From Octopus vulgaris (lineage: Eukaryota): a stretch of 64,000 nt of DNA. The stretch lies in contig OX597818.1 in NCBI GenBank assembly GCA_951406725.2, positions 49,414,001 to 49,478,000 on the forward strand, given 5' to 3'. A program made the translations under genes and the position numbers. Under the pieces are notes generated by a model. The model worked only from the letters and a program-made list of their open reading frames with translations. It did no database searches and had not been told where the DNA came from. Positions 47,831 through 61,900 of the stretch are shown in pieces; within the stretch, counting starts at the first letter, position 1; each line of letters begins with the position of its first letter.

Positions 47831-48902
47831 CGACGTTACCTTTATACCTTTTCGAATAGAATAATAATTGTTTTATGACATCCTTTGTAATTACATTTAC
47901 GTAAGATGTTTTGTATTCATCATCATCATTATTTAAGGTCCATATTCCAAACTGGCAAGGATTGGACAGTTCGACAAGGATCCAATGAGCCCAAGGACCA
48001 CATCATGCTCCAGTGTCTGCTTTGGTACTATTTCTATGGCTGGATGCCCTTCCTAATGCCAACCACTCTACAGTGTCTACTGGATGCTTTTTTCATACCG
48101 CCAACACCATGTAGCTTGCAAGTAATGGTGGAAGGTTGCTGCCTTCTTATGTTAGTTGAGGGTTAAGAGGTTAGGACAGAGCAGGTTCTTGTTGTAGAGG
48201 AGCTACAAGACTTCTCATATTTAGGAGAGAGAGTGAGAATGAAATAGTGGTAGATAGTGGTGATAAAGTGTTCAGGTGGTACCTCAGGTAGAAGGATTAG
48301 TAGTGGAAGGCAGTTTGCATGAGTGTAAGGGGGGAAGAGGTAGGGGGAGTGAGAGAGAGAGAGAGAGCGGGGTAGGAGAGCAACATCTGTAAAGATGCTG
48401 GGAAGGGTTGAGGGGAGGGGTGCATGAGTTGGGGAAGCTTGAGGGATGCCAGCAACAGGGTAGTAATGACACCATCGGCAGGGAGAGAAAAGAGGTGGTG
48501 TGTCTGGGTAGAAAAATAGACATGCATGGTGGATGAGGAGAGATATATAATTTCATGGTCCCAGGAGGAGGGGAGAGTTGCAGTGGGGAAAGCAATGTGA
48601 GGGGGGGACTGATTCATATACACAAATATATATATATATATATATATATATTTTCTGAATTGTAACTGAATTCTTTTTTAAAATGATGTGTTTTGAAGTT
48701 TTGCATTCGGTAATATTTTGTTTATTTTTAGTAGTTTTGACCACATTGGTCCCTCTTAGCGTGTTGGTATCTACTATTAGTAGTACCCTCATTATAATGT
48801 AAATGAATATTTTCAAAGAGGAATAATTTACGGATTTTTTCTCTTACGAGGTTTTTCACGCTGACTACTGATAATTTCTTTTAAAGATTTTATCCTCAAT
48901 TG

Positions 48903-48937
<35 letters not shown>

Positions 48938-48939
48938 GC

Positions 48940-48971
<32 letters not shown>

Positions 48972-49211
48972 ATATGCATTTATATACAACATATACCTTT
49001 GCAGTGCTTCCAGAAGTCAGTTTCAACACTGTGTTGGGTGGGTTTTCATCCCACCCCCCTCTACGCACACACATGGGCTCTTGGTAAAATAATGGTAGTT
49101 AAGTCAATGAAAATTCTAATTGTGTATGCAGGGTTAACATTTATCATGTGGGTGCTGTGCATGCCAGATGGATGACCAGGCAAAAATAGTTGGCCATAAC
49201 TAGTCATTCAG

Positions 49212-49720
49212 TATAATAATAATAATAATATTGTATACAGTGCTCAGGTGCACCACAACTTGTCAAAAGTGCGTATAAAGCATATGCAGTAATGTACAAA
49301 TGTCTGGGAAGTGAACAGTGTATGAGTCAGATACATGCTTGCGTGTGTATGGAGGGGAGAAAGTCAGGTGTAGTGTTGGCGAATCTCAGGAAGCATGGAA
49401 GTTTTGAAGGATGCAGTTCTCCGACAACTAACAATTGATGCCGGCAGTTTGTTCCATACTTCAGCAACTCTTAGCATGAAAATATGTTTCCTAAAGTCAT
49501 GGGAGCTGTGCTGTTTTCTGACTTTGTAAACATGTCCATGGGTGTTAGATGGGTGGAGTTTGAAAAGGTGCTCAGAGTTATTGTTTGTAACATGGTTTAT
49601 AATTTTATGGGTGTCTGCTAAGCCAGCTGCCAGACGTTGGAGTTTCAATGTGTCCATGCCCAGGGAAGTAAGGCGTTCAGAATATGGCAAATGCCTGATG
49701 GAGGGTATTCTCTTGGTTGC
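49212..49720 (-). mobile_element. CR1-type LINE 3' fragment
   Basis: PYSERLTSLGMDTLKLQRL...HGHVYKV...LRVAEVWNKLP is the typical CR1 ORF2 C-terminus. Confidence 0.85.
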
Positions 49721-50153
49721 AAACTCTATTTTCAGATGCAGAAACCAGTTATACTAACACCACCAGAAACTTTCCTCTCTTTTTACAAGACAGCCCGTGC
49801 AGTGATCCATAGAGCAGATATGTAGATGGAACAATGTTTCAGCTAAGTGGAAAGAAATATGGATGTCGAATAGTAAATAGAATGTCACAAAAGCTAAGCA
49901 ACAAAGCTGGAAAGAAAGGAAAAATTAAGAAGAAAGGAACAATGTCAGGCAGCTAGAAGAGCTTGGTGTCACATATATACTTTGCAAAGATAAAGAAAGG
50001 AGTAGAAAGTCAGGTGCTTACCAAAGTAGAGTGATGTTAGAATCAGAGTTGTAAGGTGAAAGGTACGTATGGTACTGCACTCTGATACTGAGAAGTAAAG
50101 GGCATGAAAATGCTCTACGAAAGGTTACTGAATAGAAAAAGGTACAGAAGAGA

Positions 50154-50572
50154 AGGCGGCAAGCTGGCAGAAACGTTAGCATGCCGGGTGAAATGCTTAG
50201 TGTTATTTCGTCTGACGTTACGTTCTGAGTTCAAATTCCGCCAAGGTTGACTTTGCCTTCCATCCTTTCGGGGTCGATTAAATAAGTACCAGTTACGCAC
50301 TGGGGTCGATCTAATTGACTTAATCCGTTTGTCTGTCCTTCTTTCTCCTCTCTATATTTAGCCCCTTGTGAGTAGTAAAGAAATAGGTATTCCGTCTTCT
50401 GTTATGTTCTGAGTTCAAATTCCGCCGAGGTTGACTTTGCTTTTCATCCTTTTGGAGTCGATAAATTAAGTACCAGTTACGCACTGGGGTTTATGTAATC
50501 GACTTAATCCATTTGTCTGTCCTTGTTTTGTCCCCTCTGTGTTTAGCCCCTTGTGGGTAGTAAAGAAATAGG
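50154..50572 (+). mobile_element. Dimeric MetaSINE-like element
   Basis: Head plus two units; flanking repeat GTACAGAAGAGA near 50141 and 50706. Confidence 0.82.
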
Positions 50573-50931
50573 TAAGGTCTCTGTATTTCTTTCTCCTGTT
50601 AGCGCATTTTTCTATTGTTTTTTTCTCCATCAAACTACGTCCTCTATACAGAGGATTCAGTACATCATAGCATGCATGGAAATGTAGTAAAGAAATAAGA
50701 AAAAAGTACAGAAGAGAGATGGACTAGTACAAATAGACCCAACAAAGGTACCAGTTATTGAAATTGATAGCTATATAACCAAAATGGCTGAAGTCAGAGT
50801 CAGCTCTGAACCAGCAAACATGTTTTCTCTTCTCTCATCAGAAAAAGGGGAAGACTATGAATTCTTCAAGGCATGGCTGCAACAAGTAAAAGATAAATGG
50901 TTTAAAATATAGTGATAATGTAATTATAATA

Positions 50932-51497
50932 TTTGGTTGTCTGGAAAGTTCGTGTTGATTTATAGTAGCTTACCTTTCGACTTATTTTAGAACATGGTTG
51001 AGTCCATAAAATAGGATTTGACTACACCTCCATTTAGAGCACAGTTTAAGCTATCTTTTTGTGGAAGAAGGTTTATGTTCCAATAACCTGTGTTATTTCT
51101 GTAACCCTTTAAAATGGAAGATAAGAAAGTTCATTTTCGGCACTTGATGCTTTGGGAACCAGACAAAAATTGCTGCAGCTCGGCTGGGATGTGTTACCCC
51201 ACCCTCCATATTCACCAGATATTGTTCATTCGGATTTCCACTTATTCAGATCTCTGCAGAATAGTCTTAATGGTAAAAATTTCAATTCCTTGGATGACAT
51301 AAAAAGATACCTTGATGAATTCTTTGCCATGAAACCACCTCAATTCTGGGAAGAGGGTATTTTCAAGCTAAAGGAAAGATGGAGATGCATTGTGCAACAA
51401 AATGGTTTATATTTGGTTGATTAAAAATGTAATGGCAAGTATTTATTGACCTTTTTTTTTCCTTTAAAAATCGGCACGAACTTTCCGGACAACCCAA
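50932..51497 (+). mobile_element. Internally deleted mariner (different subfamily from 41454)
   Basis: TIR TT(T/G)GGTTGTC.GGAAAGTTCGTG..GATTT; N-terminal MEDKKVHFRHLML joined to GWDVLPHPPYSPD..SDFHLFRSL. Confidence 0.9.
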
Positions 51498-51670
51498 TGC
51501 TTACAATACTTACATTTAGACACAAATCTAGGGAGCAAAGTGACAAGCTATTCATCTTATCAGCTAGTCTTAGTTTAAGAATATGTTGTTTGGTTCCAGA
51601 CTTATGATCAATGATGCTCCGTTGTTACTGTCCAGACATTGTGTATTTAACACTACATAATTCATCAAGA

Positions 51671-52535
51671 TGGGGGCACATGGCCTAGTGGTTAGAGCAG
51701 TGGACTCACGGTCGAAGGATCATGGGTTCGAATCTCAGACCGGGCAATGTGCGTGTTTATGAGTGAAACACCTAAGCTCCATGCGGCTCCAGCAGAAGGT
51801 AATGGCGAACTTCTGCTGACTCTTTCACCACAACTTTCCTCCTGCATCTTGCAGCTCACCTGCGACGGACCGGCGTCCCATCCAGGTGGGGAACCTATAC
51901 GACAAGGAAGCTGGGAAACCGGCCCTTATGAGCCAGGCGTGGCTCAAGAAGGAACAAACGATTCATCAAGATGTTAGGATATAATTTAAGAGAAATTTGC
52001 TTGTTATTTCCAGAACCTTTGGTTTTTTAGGTCAAAAATGTCCCAAATCTGACCATCCTATTATTTTTGCATACTTGGGACTACTTATCCACTGAATTTT
52101 TCAAATTTGAAGACAATAAGGAGTGGGGACTTGGCTGCTATTTCTAAAAGCCATGTAATAACTGCAGTAGTCATTGTTTAGCCCTAGGTCAGTTTGAATT
52201 GAGCAGACCCAAGACAAAATTTATTCAATAACGACCAGCTCTTCTTTAAAGATATCTTGTTTGTTTGTTCCGTCTCGAGCCATGACTGGCTCATAGGGCT
52301 GGTTTCCCGGTTTCCTTGGCGTATAGGTTCCCCACCTGGACGGGACTCCGGTCCATTGCAGGAGGAAAGAGTGAGAAAGTTGTGGCAAAAGAGTCAGCAG
52401 AAGTTCGCCATTACCTTCTGCCGGAGCCACATGGAGCTTAGGTGTTTCACTCATAAACACACACATCGCCCGGTCTGAGATCTGAACCTGCGATCCCTCG
52501 ACTGCAAGTCCGCTGCACTAACCACTAGGCCATGT
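51671..52535. mobile_element. Two V-type tRNA SINEs in convergent inverted orientation (51671-51960 plus; 52258-52535 minus)
   Basis: Both match the 3709-4007 family. Confidence 0.85.
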
Positions 52536-54027
52536 GGTTAAAAAAGATATCCTGTACCAAATACTAAATTATCCAATACAATCTTTCAAAATAATAGTGT
52601 GCTTCGAGGAAGATTTAGTTGTTATTTCTAACAGGTTTCATAACCACATAGGGGCTCTGTCATTGGCTCATAACATTGAAGTTGTTTCATTCAAATGGGA
52701 GAGAGGTGACAAGATTGGATAGCCTAACAGAAGTTCTATTGTTAAACACAAAGTAGGCAGAAACTATGTGTCAGGAATGTTGCTTAAGAATTATTCATGT
52801 GTTTGTAATGTAGTTCAGGTAATGTAGTTTCAGAAGACATTGCGAGATTTCTAACTATTCTGTGTCACAATAAAACTTTTACTAAATTCATACAAAAAAA
52901 AAAGGGTTGTAATGACAAATTAGATTTTTTTAACATTGACCTAAGGCATGTATGGTTACAAATTTCATTATACACCCAGGTGGTTTTGGATTCCATCATC
53001 TTGGGAATGTGTCTTGCACAAATAGCTTTGGGAGAATGGAATTTGTTGGAATGAAACTATGTGACAGTCCACCATTGTCATCATCATCATTTAAAGTCAA
53101 CTTTGGCATGGATTGGATGTTTTGTCAAGATGCAATGGGTCTAACGAGTGCACCTGTGCTCCAATGTCTGCTGACACGGCTTCTATGGCAGGATGCCCTT
53201 CCTAACATCATCCACTTAATAGATTATCCCAGGTGGCTTTTTGATATTAACACTAGGGAAGCCTGTATTTTTCATGCTGTCATACATATATACAGTCACT
53301 GGCACTTGTGCCGGTGTGTAGGTGACACGTTAAAAAAAAAAAAGCATGGTTTTTCCATGACCGTTGCCAGTACTGCCTGACTGGCCCTCGTGCCACGTAA
53401 AAGCACCCACTACACTCTTGGAGTGGTTGGCGTTAGGAAGGGCATCCAGCTGTAGAAGCTCTGCCAAATCAAGATTGGAGCCTGGTGCAGCCATCTGGTT
53501 TGCCAGTCCTCAGTCAAATCATCCAACCCATGCTAGCATGGAAGGCGGACGTTAAACAATGATGATGATCTAAGAATTCATAAGTCCAGAAAAATAAGCA
53601 CACATGGGGAGCTGCTACAATCATTAAGCTCATTAGCATGCTAAAGTGTTTCTTTCAGCTTTACATTCTGAATTAACATTTGACTACTTTTCCCCCAACC
53701 AAATTCCAGGCCTTGTGTCACTAATAGAAACTTTACATATATAATTTTGTACATTTTTTTAAAGCTAGTCCATTGGAATGCTATATTTTGTGTCAAGTAT
53801 TTCTGCCAAGACATTGCATTCTTTAAAACCTCAAAGCTTCCTTAAATTCACCAACACTACACCTGGTATCCCCACCTCCACATGCATGCACACATGTATA
53901 TCATGACTCATACACTGTTCATTTTCCTGACTTTTGTACATAATTCTATGTACTATACATGCATCTTTGATGAGTTGTAGTACACCTGAGCACTATACAC
54001 AATAATTTCAACATTATTATTATTTAA

Positions 54028-54244
54028 CCCTTTCGTTACTGTATTTATTTTGAGATGCTCTGTGTTTCTTTCAATTACTTTAAATATAACACAGAATTTA
54101 GTAAAATAACTTTATCATTCAACTAGTGTTAGGAACATAAACTGTGACTAAGGTTTGGTAGAAGATTTTAATTCAAAACTTATGAAAACAAGACATTTGT
54201 ACTCAGAGCCAGAGCCGGCTTCAGCCGTGTTGGTAATGAAAGGG
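54028..54244. mobile_element. piggyBac-type MITE
   Basis: TTAA TSD, CCCTTTC/GAAAGGG ends; paralog of 17693-17911. Confidence 0.85.
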
Positions 54245-55859
54245 TTAATAGATGACCACAACAGGCAGCAGTGGAGTGAGCTTAAGGAAGGGTTCTCCCC
54301 TCAAGAGTGATGAAACTCTGGATACTGGATGTATATATATAACGTTGTCTAAAATAGCTGAAGGAGTTTGAATGAAGGCCTTTGAAATATTTATTCTGTA
54401 CTCTTGTTACTCTTACCTCCAAAAATGTATTGTACCTATGAATGGCCAGTTAGAAACCTGTAACAAATAATGTTACTGTTCATTACTTGACTTAGGGAAT
54501 TAAAAGAAAATAAGTAAAATAACTAGAATACTTTAGATAAGAAATATCTTTTACAGATATAAAAAAAAGATTCAGTGAAAGGAATTTATATTAATACAAG
54601 AAGTAATATTACCTTTTTGCTAGTTTATATTACACATATTTGTTTGTATAAATTTATATAAATGTATATACATATGTGTATAAATACATTGTGTATGAGT
54701 GTTAAACATTCCTAATTATTTTATTCGTTTAGTTGAGTACTGAGTCCGTTAAATGTATGTCCCCTTAACACTTTCCTTCACAATAGAGTTTTTCACAATG
54801 TCACCAAGTACACAGAGTACATGAACTCACCATCAAATTAACACTTTTGAGTTCTTTTGTTCACTTACATCAATGGAAAGAATTGTTTCCCATCCGCTGC
54901 TGATTCTATTGGTTTTTATAGTCAATAAAAATAAAAAGAGAGAGACCGATATATAAGTTATTTAGATTACAAACGAAGGCCGAAAATTAATACTTCAAAC
55001 CTTTTATAAATATATTCCCAATGGAATATACTGACCATACATTGCAATTATCTTTGAAAATAAGTATTGGGGGAGGTTAGAGAAATAACCCAGTTTTCAG
55101 TTACTAAGATGGTGCTTGGAGTATAACATTTGTGATGGAATATTCTAATTCAAATACAAATACTTTAAAACAATTTGTATCATGTCACTACTGTTTCGCT
55201 CTGATTGAGCAGACAACCCAACCATAACCATTCCATCTTTAATCTGCATCCCCACCTCCAGCCTGGAACACTTTTGTCCCATGTCCTAATTTTTTTTTCA
55301 GTGTTTGTAGTGTGTGAAACTGAGGGGAAAATTCAGCTGCTATTATTAGCAACTTACTGTACAAGAATACCATCATTCGTTTAATCGTCATTTAACGTCT
55401 GTTTTCCATGCTGGCAAAACCAGATTCCAGTCTGTTGGCTTGGTTTCTATGGTGGAATACCCTTCCTAATGCCAACCACTTGTGATTTTTATATGGCACC
55501 AAGTGCATTTTACTAGCACCAGCACTAGTACTGTCAGATATAAAACCAAAGGAAGGTGTTCTCATATAGATCTGTATAATTTCCTTTATTTAACTTTGAT
55601 TTTGAGATTATCTAGTGATAGTCTCATATCAAATCACTTGCCAGACAAGTATATCTCTGAAAACTATGTGGAAACTAAAACAATATCTGCACAGAGGTCA
55701 CACATTGGCCAATTAAAAACACACAAAAACTGTTAACTTCACTGAAACATTTGGTGTTAAAATTTTTGTTGCAACCTGGGTACTGACACAATTTCATTGC
55801 AACTGGTGCCAGCGGAACTGTGTCAGTGGCCAGGTCATGGTTGGTGCAAATATATGGGA

Positions 55860-56257
55860 AATTACCACCTGTATCAACTCTTGTGAAAGGTAGAAGAGTC
55901 TAGTTTGCTGGACATAAAAGGGCACCATTCGAGTGTGATCGTTACCAGCGCTGCCTTACTGGCACTTGTGCCCCTGCTAGTAGGGTGCCAAGAGCACCAT
56001 CCGAGCGTGATTGTTGCCAGAACAGCCAACTGGCTCCGTGCCAGTGGTTGAAAACAAGGTAATTTCTACTCTTCTCCTCTGGAAGCCATCTGCTTGCGAT
56101 ACCAGAGGGTGCACACTCTCCTACACTGATGTAATCTCCAGGTATACAGGCATCCAGCAACAGGACCTCCGTAGTGCTATGATGGACCATGAAGTCTGGT
56201 GTAACATAGTAAATTCCATTGTCTCGACCACGGTCGAACAATGATGATGATGATGAT
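55860..56257 (+). mobile_element. RTE-like fragment interrupted by a piece of the other RTE family's 3' UTR (about 55912-56045)
   Basis: Colinear with the 29632-29905 copy except for the inserted block. Confidence 0.7.
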
Positions 56258-58539
56258 ATTGGTGCAATGAAAGTTCTGACACCAAATAAAAGTTTAAGTG
56301 AAATTAATTTTTCTGGTTTTCAAATGGCTAAAATATGTCTTCTACACTGTAATTGTGTTAGTAACGGTTACATTGAGGTAATCAATCAATCAATCAATAC
56401 AAATATAGAAGACTACTTGATTTATATTTTTGTGTATATTTGAGATTATAATTGAAGTTCTAAGTGCAACACCTCAATGGTCAACCAATCCTCAGTTACA
56501 TTTTAATTATCATCATTATTAGTCTCTCTCTCTTTCCCACTGTGAAGGATCAGGCAGTGCTTTTGTATTCTTGAGCAAAACATTTCATTCGACACTGACA
56601 GAGTGGCTAACTGGCTTCCGTGCCAGTGGCACATAAAAGGCACCATTCGAGTATGATCGTTACCAGCATCGCCTTACTGGCACTTGTGCCTGTGCTGGTA
56701 GGGTGCCAAGAGCACCATCCAAGCGTGATCATTGCCAGAGCAACCAACTGGCTTCCATGCCAGTGGCACGTAAAAGGGCACCATTCGAGCATGATCGTTA
56801 CCAACATTGCCTTACTGGCACCTGTGCTGGTGGCATGTGTATAAAGATTTGAGCGAGGTCATTGCCAGTACTGCCTGACTGGCTCCTGTGCCAGTGGCAC
56901 GTAAAAAGCACCCACTACACTCTCGGAGTGGTTGGCATTAGAAAGGGCATCCAGCTGTAGAAACTCTGCCAGATCAGATTGTAGCCTGATGCGGCCGTCT
57001 GGTTCGCCAGCCCTCAGTCAAAATCGTCCAACCCATGCTAGCATGGAAAGCGGACGTTAAACGATGATGATTGCTCAAGTCCGTTCAGCTGTAAATGAAT
57101 AACCCTGCAATGAACTGGCATCCTATTAAGGAGGAACGTTGCAATCTCAGTCCCTTATACACCTTGGCGAGTGGGGAACTGTCCCCATGAGAGAATAAAA
57201 AAGAAAAGACCTGAGACAGTTTTACTTACTCTCTCCCCTGTGTCCATGAAACAGAAATAAAAATGAATGAGAAATTCTTTCTTTCATTAATACAAAATAT
57301 TAAATCTTTAGGAGAGGGTGGTGGGTACAATTAATTGTATTATCTCAAGAGCAAGACTTGTAATTTATTTCAATAACTTAAGATAAAAATCAAGTGACGT
57401 GGTTTGAACTTGAGCCAAATAATGAATTCCCCCAAAAGTTAGTTATTCCAAGTAGCCTTTACTGAGCATACCTAAAATCAAAGATGTTCTCTCACTGAAC
57501 AATCCCTCACCCTCTTTTTTTTTGTGTGTGTGTACCTGGGCTTCCATTGTCTAATGTGCCCTTTTATCGATTTAAGACAAAAGTTATATTTTGAGGGAAT
57601 TTGGCTACTATTTCTCGCAGATAGAGCAACTACTCAGAGGCTCTCTCATTAGATTGCAGTTATAGAGAAAAAGTAAAGGTGATTGAATTAATCAAACTCC
57701 AGTACTTGACTGGTTTTTATTTTATTGACCCCTGAAAACAATGAAAGGCAAAGTTGATATGGCAAGATCTCAAATCACAGAAGTCATAACGAAAACCTTT
57801 AAGACAAAATATTCTATTATTTCTGCCACTCTACACTACAAACTGTCAATAGAAAAACTGACATCCAACAAGGAAATATACACAATTATTTTTGAGCAGT
57901 TTATTCAGAATATCTGCAAACCTCATTTACCTGTAACTTTTTAGAACACAGGACAACAAATAGGAAGATTATTCAATGATATTCTCAATAAAATGAAGAT
58001 ATCACCCTTTCTTTGTGCAGATTATTATTATTATTATTATACGAGAACCAACAAAATAGTATTTTGTGCTCATAGATATTATTTCTCACTGATTAAACCT
58101 AAGGTTTATATTAAAATTTCAAATATTTGTTGAATGACATCAGTTTTTTAAACGATACCTAAAGTATTAATTTAATTAACCATGTACAGTGATAAGCTAA
58201 CAAGCCTTATAATCCAGGTTGTCAAAGATAGATTTCAGAATGTGCAATTACTTCATAATTTACTATTGTTGTCTAGCCCTGATTGAACCAACCTATGACT
58301 GAAGACATTCCATCCCATGGCCATACTGTAATTTCATTTTTTTTTTCTCTCAGGTATGGTGAATTTAGTTATTTCCAACAGGTCACTAGAATTAAAAACT
58401 TTCTATTAAAAAAATTGCTAATCAGACACCCCTGCCATTAAGCTTAGATACAGATTTTAAGTTTAGATAAAAATTAATGTACTCATTAATATATCCTTTC
58501 AATTTTGTTAAGCTCCGCCCACATATTATTCAGCATATA

Positions 58540-58925
58540 TACTCTTTACTTGTTTCAGGCATTTGACTGTGGCCATGCTGGAGCACCGCCTTTAGTCGAG
58601 CAAATCGACCCCGGGTCTTATTCTTTGTAAGCCCAGTACTTATTCTATCGGTCTCTTTTGCCGAACCGCTAAGTGATGGGGACGTAAACACACTAGCATC
58701 GGTTGTCAAGCAATGCTAGGGGGACAAACACAGACACACAAACATATATATATACATATATACGACAGGCTTTTTTCAGTTTCCGTCTACCAAATCCACT
58801 CACAAGGCATTGGTCGGCCCGGGGCTATAGCAGAAGACACTTGCCCAAGATGCCACGCAGTGGGACTGAACCCGGAACCATGTGGTTGGTTAGCAAGCTG
58901 CTTACCACACAGCCACTCCTGCGCC
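58540..58925 (-). mobile_element. CORE-like tRNA SINE
   Basis: Same family as 45987. Confidence 0.85.
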
Positions 58926-61900
58926 TATATCATGGCAATAAATATTAAGCAACATAACACACTGCATCCATAGAGGCACCACTTATATTGACAGACTTCA
59001 GGTTGTAAATCTGAGACAATTCATTCAGGCAACTACTACCTCTATGACAGCTGGTAATGTTGATTTCGTATTCTAATTAAAAAGTACTATTTTGTACATG
59101 CAATTTTGCAGGTTGGATTTTTAATTAGCTTTTGTGATCATCCCATTGTTAGCATTCATTTATCCAGTCTGCCAGCCCCTGGCTGTGATAGGAGCAATGT
59201 ATCACCAGCTTGCAGATAATTATGTGGAGTGGTACTGGAGTATGGTGATTACCAGGCAACAAAATGGCCAGTGTTAATTCTGCATAAAGTTGGACATGAC
59301 TTTTGTCTCTTTCTTTTCTAGGAGGGATTACATTTGCCCTACCCTACATTATCACCAATGCTGGCAGACAGGTGAGTAATTACTTATCTGTGTCTAATTC
59401 TGGTGGCAATGTGACACAAAGTCAGCAGATTAACTTAATCTGGTGGCTGTGAGCCTGACACAAAATCACAGTATAGAGCATGATCATCAAGTACAGTGAA
59501 AGGCTTTAATCTGGCATTGTTTCAAATGATTGTCAGACCAATCAAAGTGCCTGGACAGACGCAGGTGGAACTGGCAAACGACCCGGTCAACGTGCATTCA
59601 GTAAGAAAACCATAACGGTGAATGACAACTGATAAGTTGATATCTTAAACTGAAAGTAGATTACTGACAACCATATATCTGCACAGAATATCACAACATG
59701 CACTGTTGAGAAGTAAAGGTAAAGATGCAAAGACAGTCTCCCTATAGAACCATTAAACACTTAGAGAAATTATAACTTTCACACTGGTGGCAAGTTGACC
59801 AGCTACTTGTGTCAACGTATCATTAAGTCACCAGTATTGACATCATGAGTTTGAACAACTAAGCATGTTACACACTAATAATTCATCTAAATACAATGAG
59901 CCATAGAGGAATCTGCTATTTGTTTGCTTGATATGCAACAAACAACTAAATCTCCTTCAAATTATGCTCTAGTGTCTGTAATGTTTTGTGAGTATATTTC
60001 TAATGAGACAAGTCATGTATTTCAATTAGTTTTGAGAATATTCAGGGAATTTGTGTTGAGTAAAATAATTAATTTTGCTATGAACAATCAGGTGTTTGGA
60101 ACATATATTTACATGAAAATTCTTACAGCAAAATTGTGATAGGCTTTCATTTAAAGATGAACACTTTAAAATGGACAGTTTTGTGTTTTTGGATTAAAGA
60201 ACCTGAGGTAGTCACAGCATGTTAGTATTGAAAGGGTTAAAACAAGAACATATCAGATAACATTGTCTAAAAGGGGAGAGGACTCAGATGAGGTGGTCAC
60301 AACTGGTCTTTGATTACAGGTCATTCAACTAGGATGGTCTGGATCTCACAATTGTGAGAATTAAGTGTATTGTCTATATTGTGTAGCAGTGATGGTGACA
60401 AGATACTAACTGCGGAGCATTTACTGAGCAGTTTTATTCATTGAGCAGGTAGCTGCAAAATCTCAAATTGTAAAACAGTTTTAAATTATTAGCTGAAACA
60501 ACAAACAGACGTTTCCAAAGACTGAAAGACAAATTGTATTACCCCACCATCACACCATCCCCAAATAAAAATCCACATCCTTTAAAGTTGAGTTAATCTT
60601 GTTAGCCGATGGTCTAAAAACTGTTTACTCACTAAATGCAAAAACATTTATCAATGCATTTATACATAGTATGTCAAGAAGCATGTTCAATTAGAGAGAG
60701 AGAGAGAGAAGAGCATACTAGTAATGAATATACATTGTTTAATGAATCATTTAAAAGGCATTCATATCAATAAAATTTGAACTTTTTATATATTTATTTC
60801 TTGACATAAATTCTAAATGCATTGATGTACTTAGTCTCAAAACGTGAAAAATGTTAAAGAATATCAAAGCCCAGACCAACTCAAAATACCTATCCAATAA
60901 GTCATGACATTTATTTCAGGAAATCAAGATTCAAAAGTGTTTGATTCCATATTCATAACTCCCTCCCCCCATTTTACCATTCTATTTATCACATTATCTA
61001 GGGTGATAGAGAAGTTTATGAGTCAATCTTTAGAGAGCAATTACTGAATGTTCAAAGGAAAAAAAAAATGTTTTTGACACAATTCTTATAGAAACACCAG
61101 GTCAAACATCCAATTAGCAGCAGCAGCAAGTGTCTGCAGTCTCCTCTCCAGTATATTTTACCAGTCAAAATTGCGAAAAGAAACAAAATATTTCCTGGAC
61201 AGCAGGTAGTAATGGACAGAATACAATCACAGGTCCATTAACAAGTTCAACATCGGTCAGTATAAAGGACTATGAAAATACAGCTGTATTGAGATTTGGA
61301 AATTTCTTTGGCCCTACAAGTATTTAATTTTTTTTTTTTTTTTTTGGTCAAGTTATGTATGTCCACACAACACAGAGAAACTAGAAAAAGTATATGTTGT
61401 GTCCACTACAATTTCAGGGAAATATTGTTAAAAGTAAAAGTTCCAGAAAAAATTTGAATCCTAAAATCTCTATTGGGAGTTTCAAGAAGCTAAAACAAAA
61501 TAAAAGAATGAAGGAAAGAGGTGAAAGATAGCTTCCGCTTTGTTTTGTCCTTCATACAAATTAACCTAACATGAAATGAAGGTCAGACATTTTCACCCAG
61601 AAAAATGTATAAGTTACAGGTAAAATACAACTGATACTAAATAAATATATCCTTTTGATATCTTTATTTCACCTGTTTGATGCTTAATTTGTTTACATAA
61701 CCACACATTCAAATTTTAATTCTTTTTAAATAGCATCCAAACTTTTGGAACCAATGAGAGGATCTTTGTTATATCTCAGTCAGTTAGAAATTTCCTTCAA
61801 TTCACACCCTACCATCTTAAAGGACACATTTGCTAATGTAGTACCAAATAACTCGAAAAAAAGATGGGAAGGTCACAGCTGGAAAGCCTTTGATTTTAGA

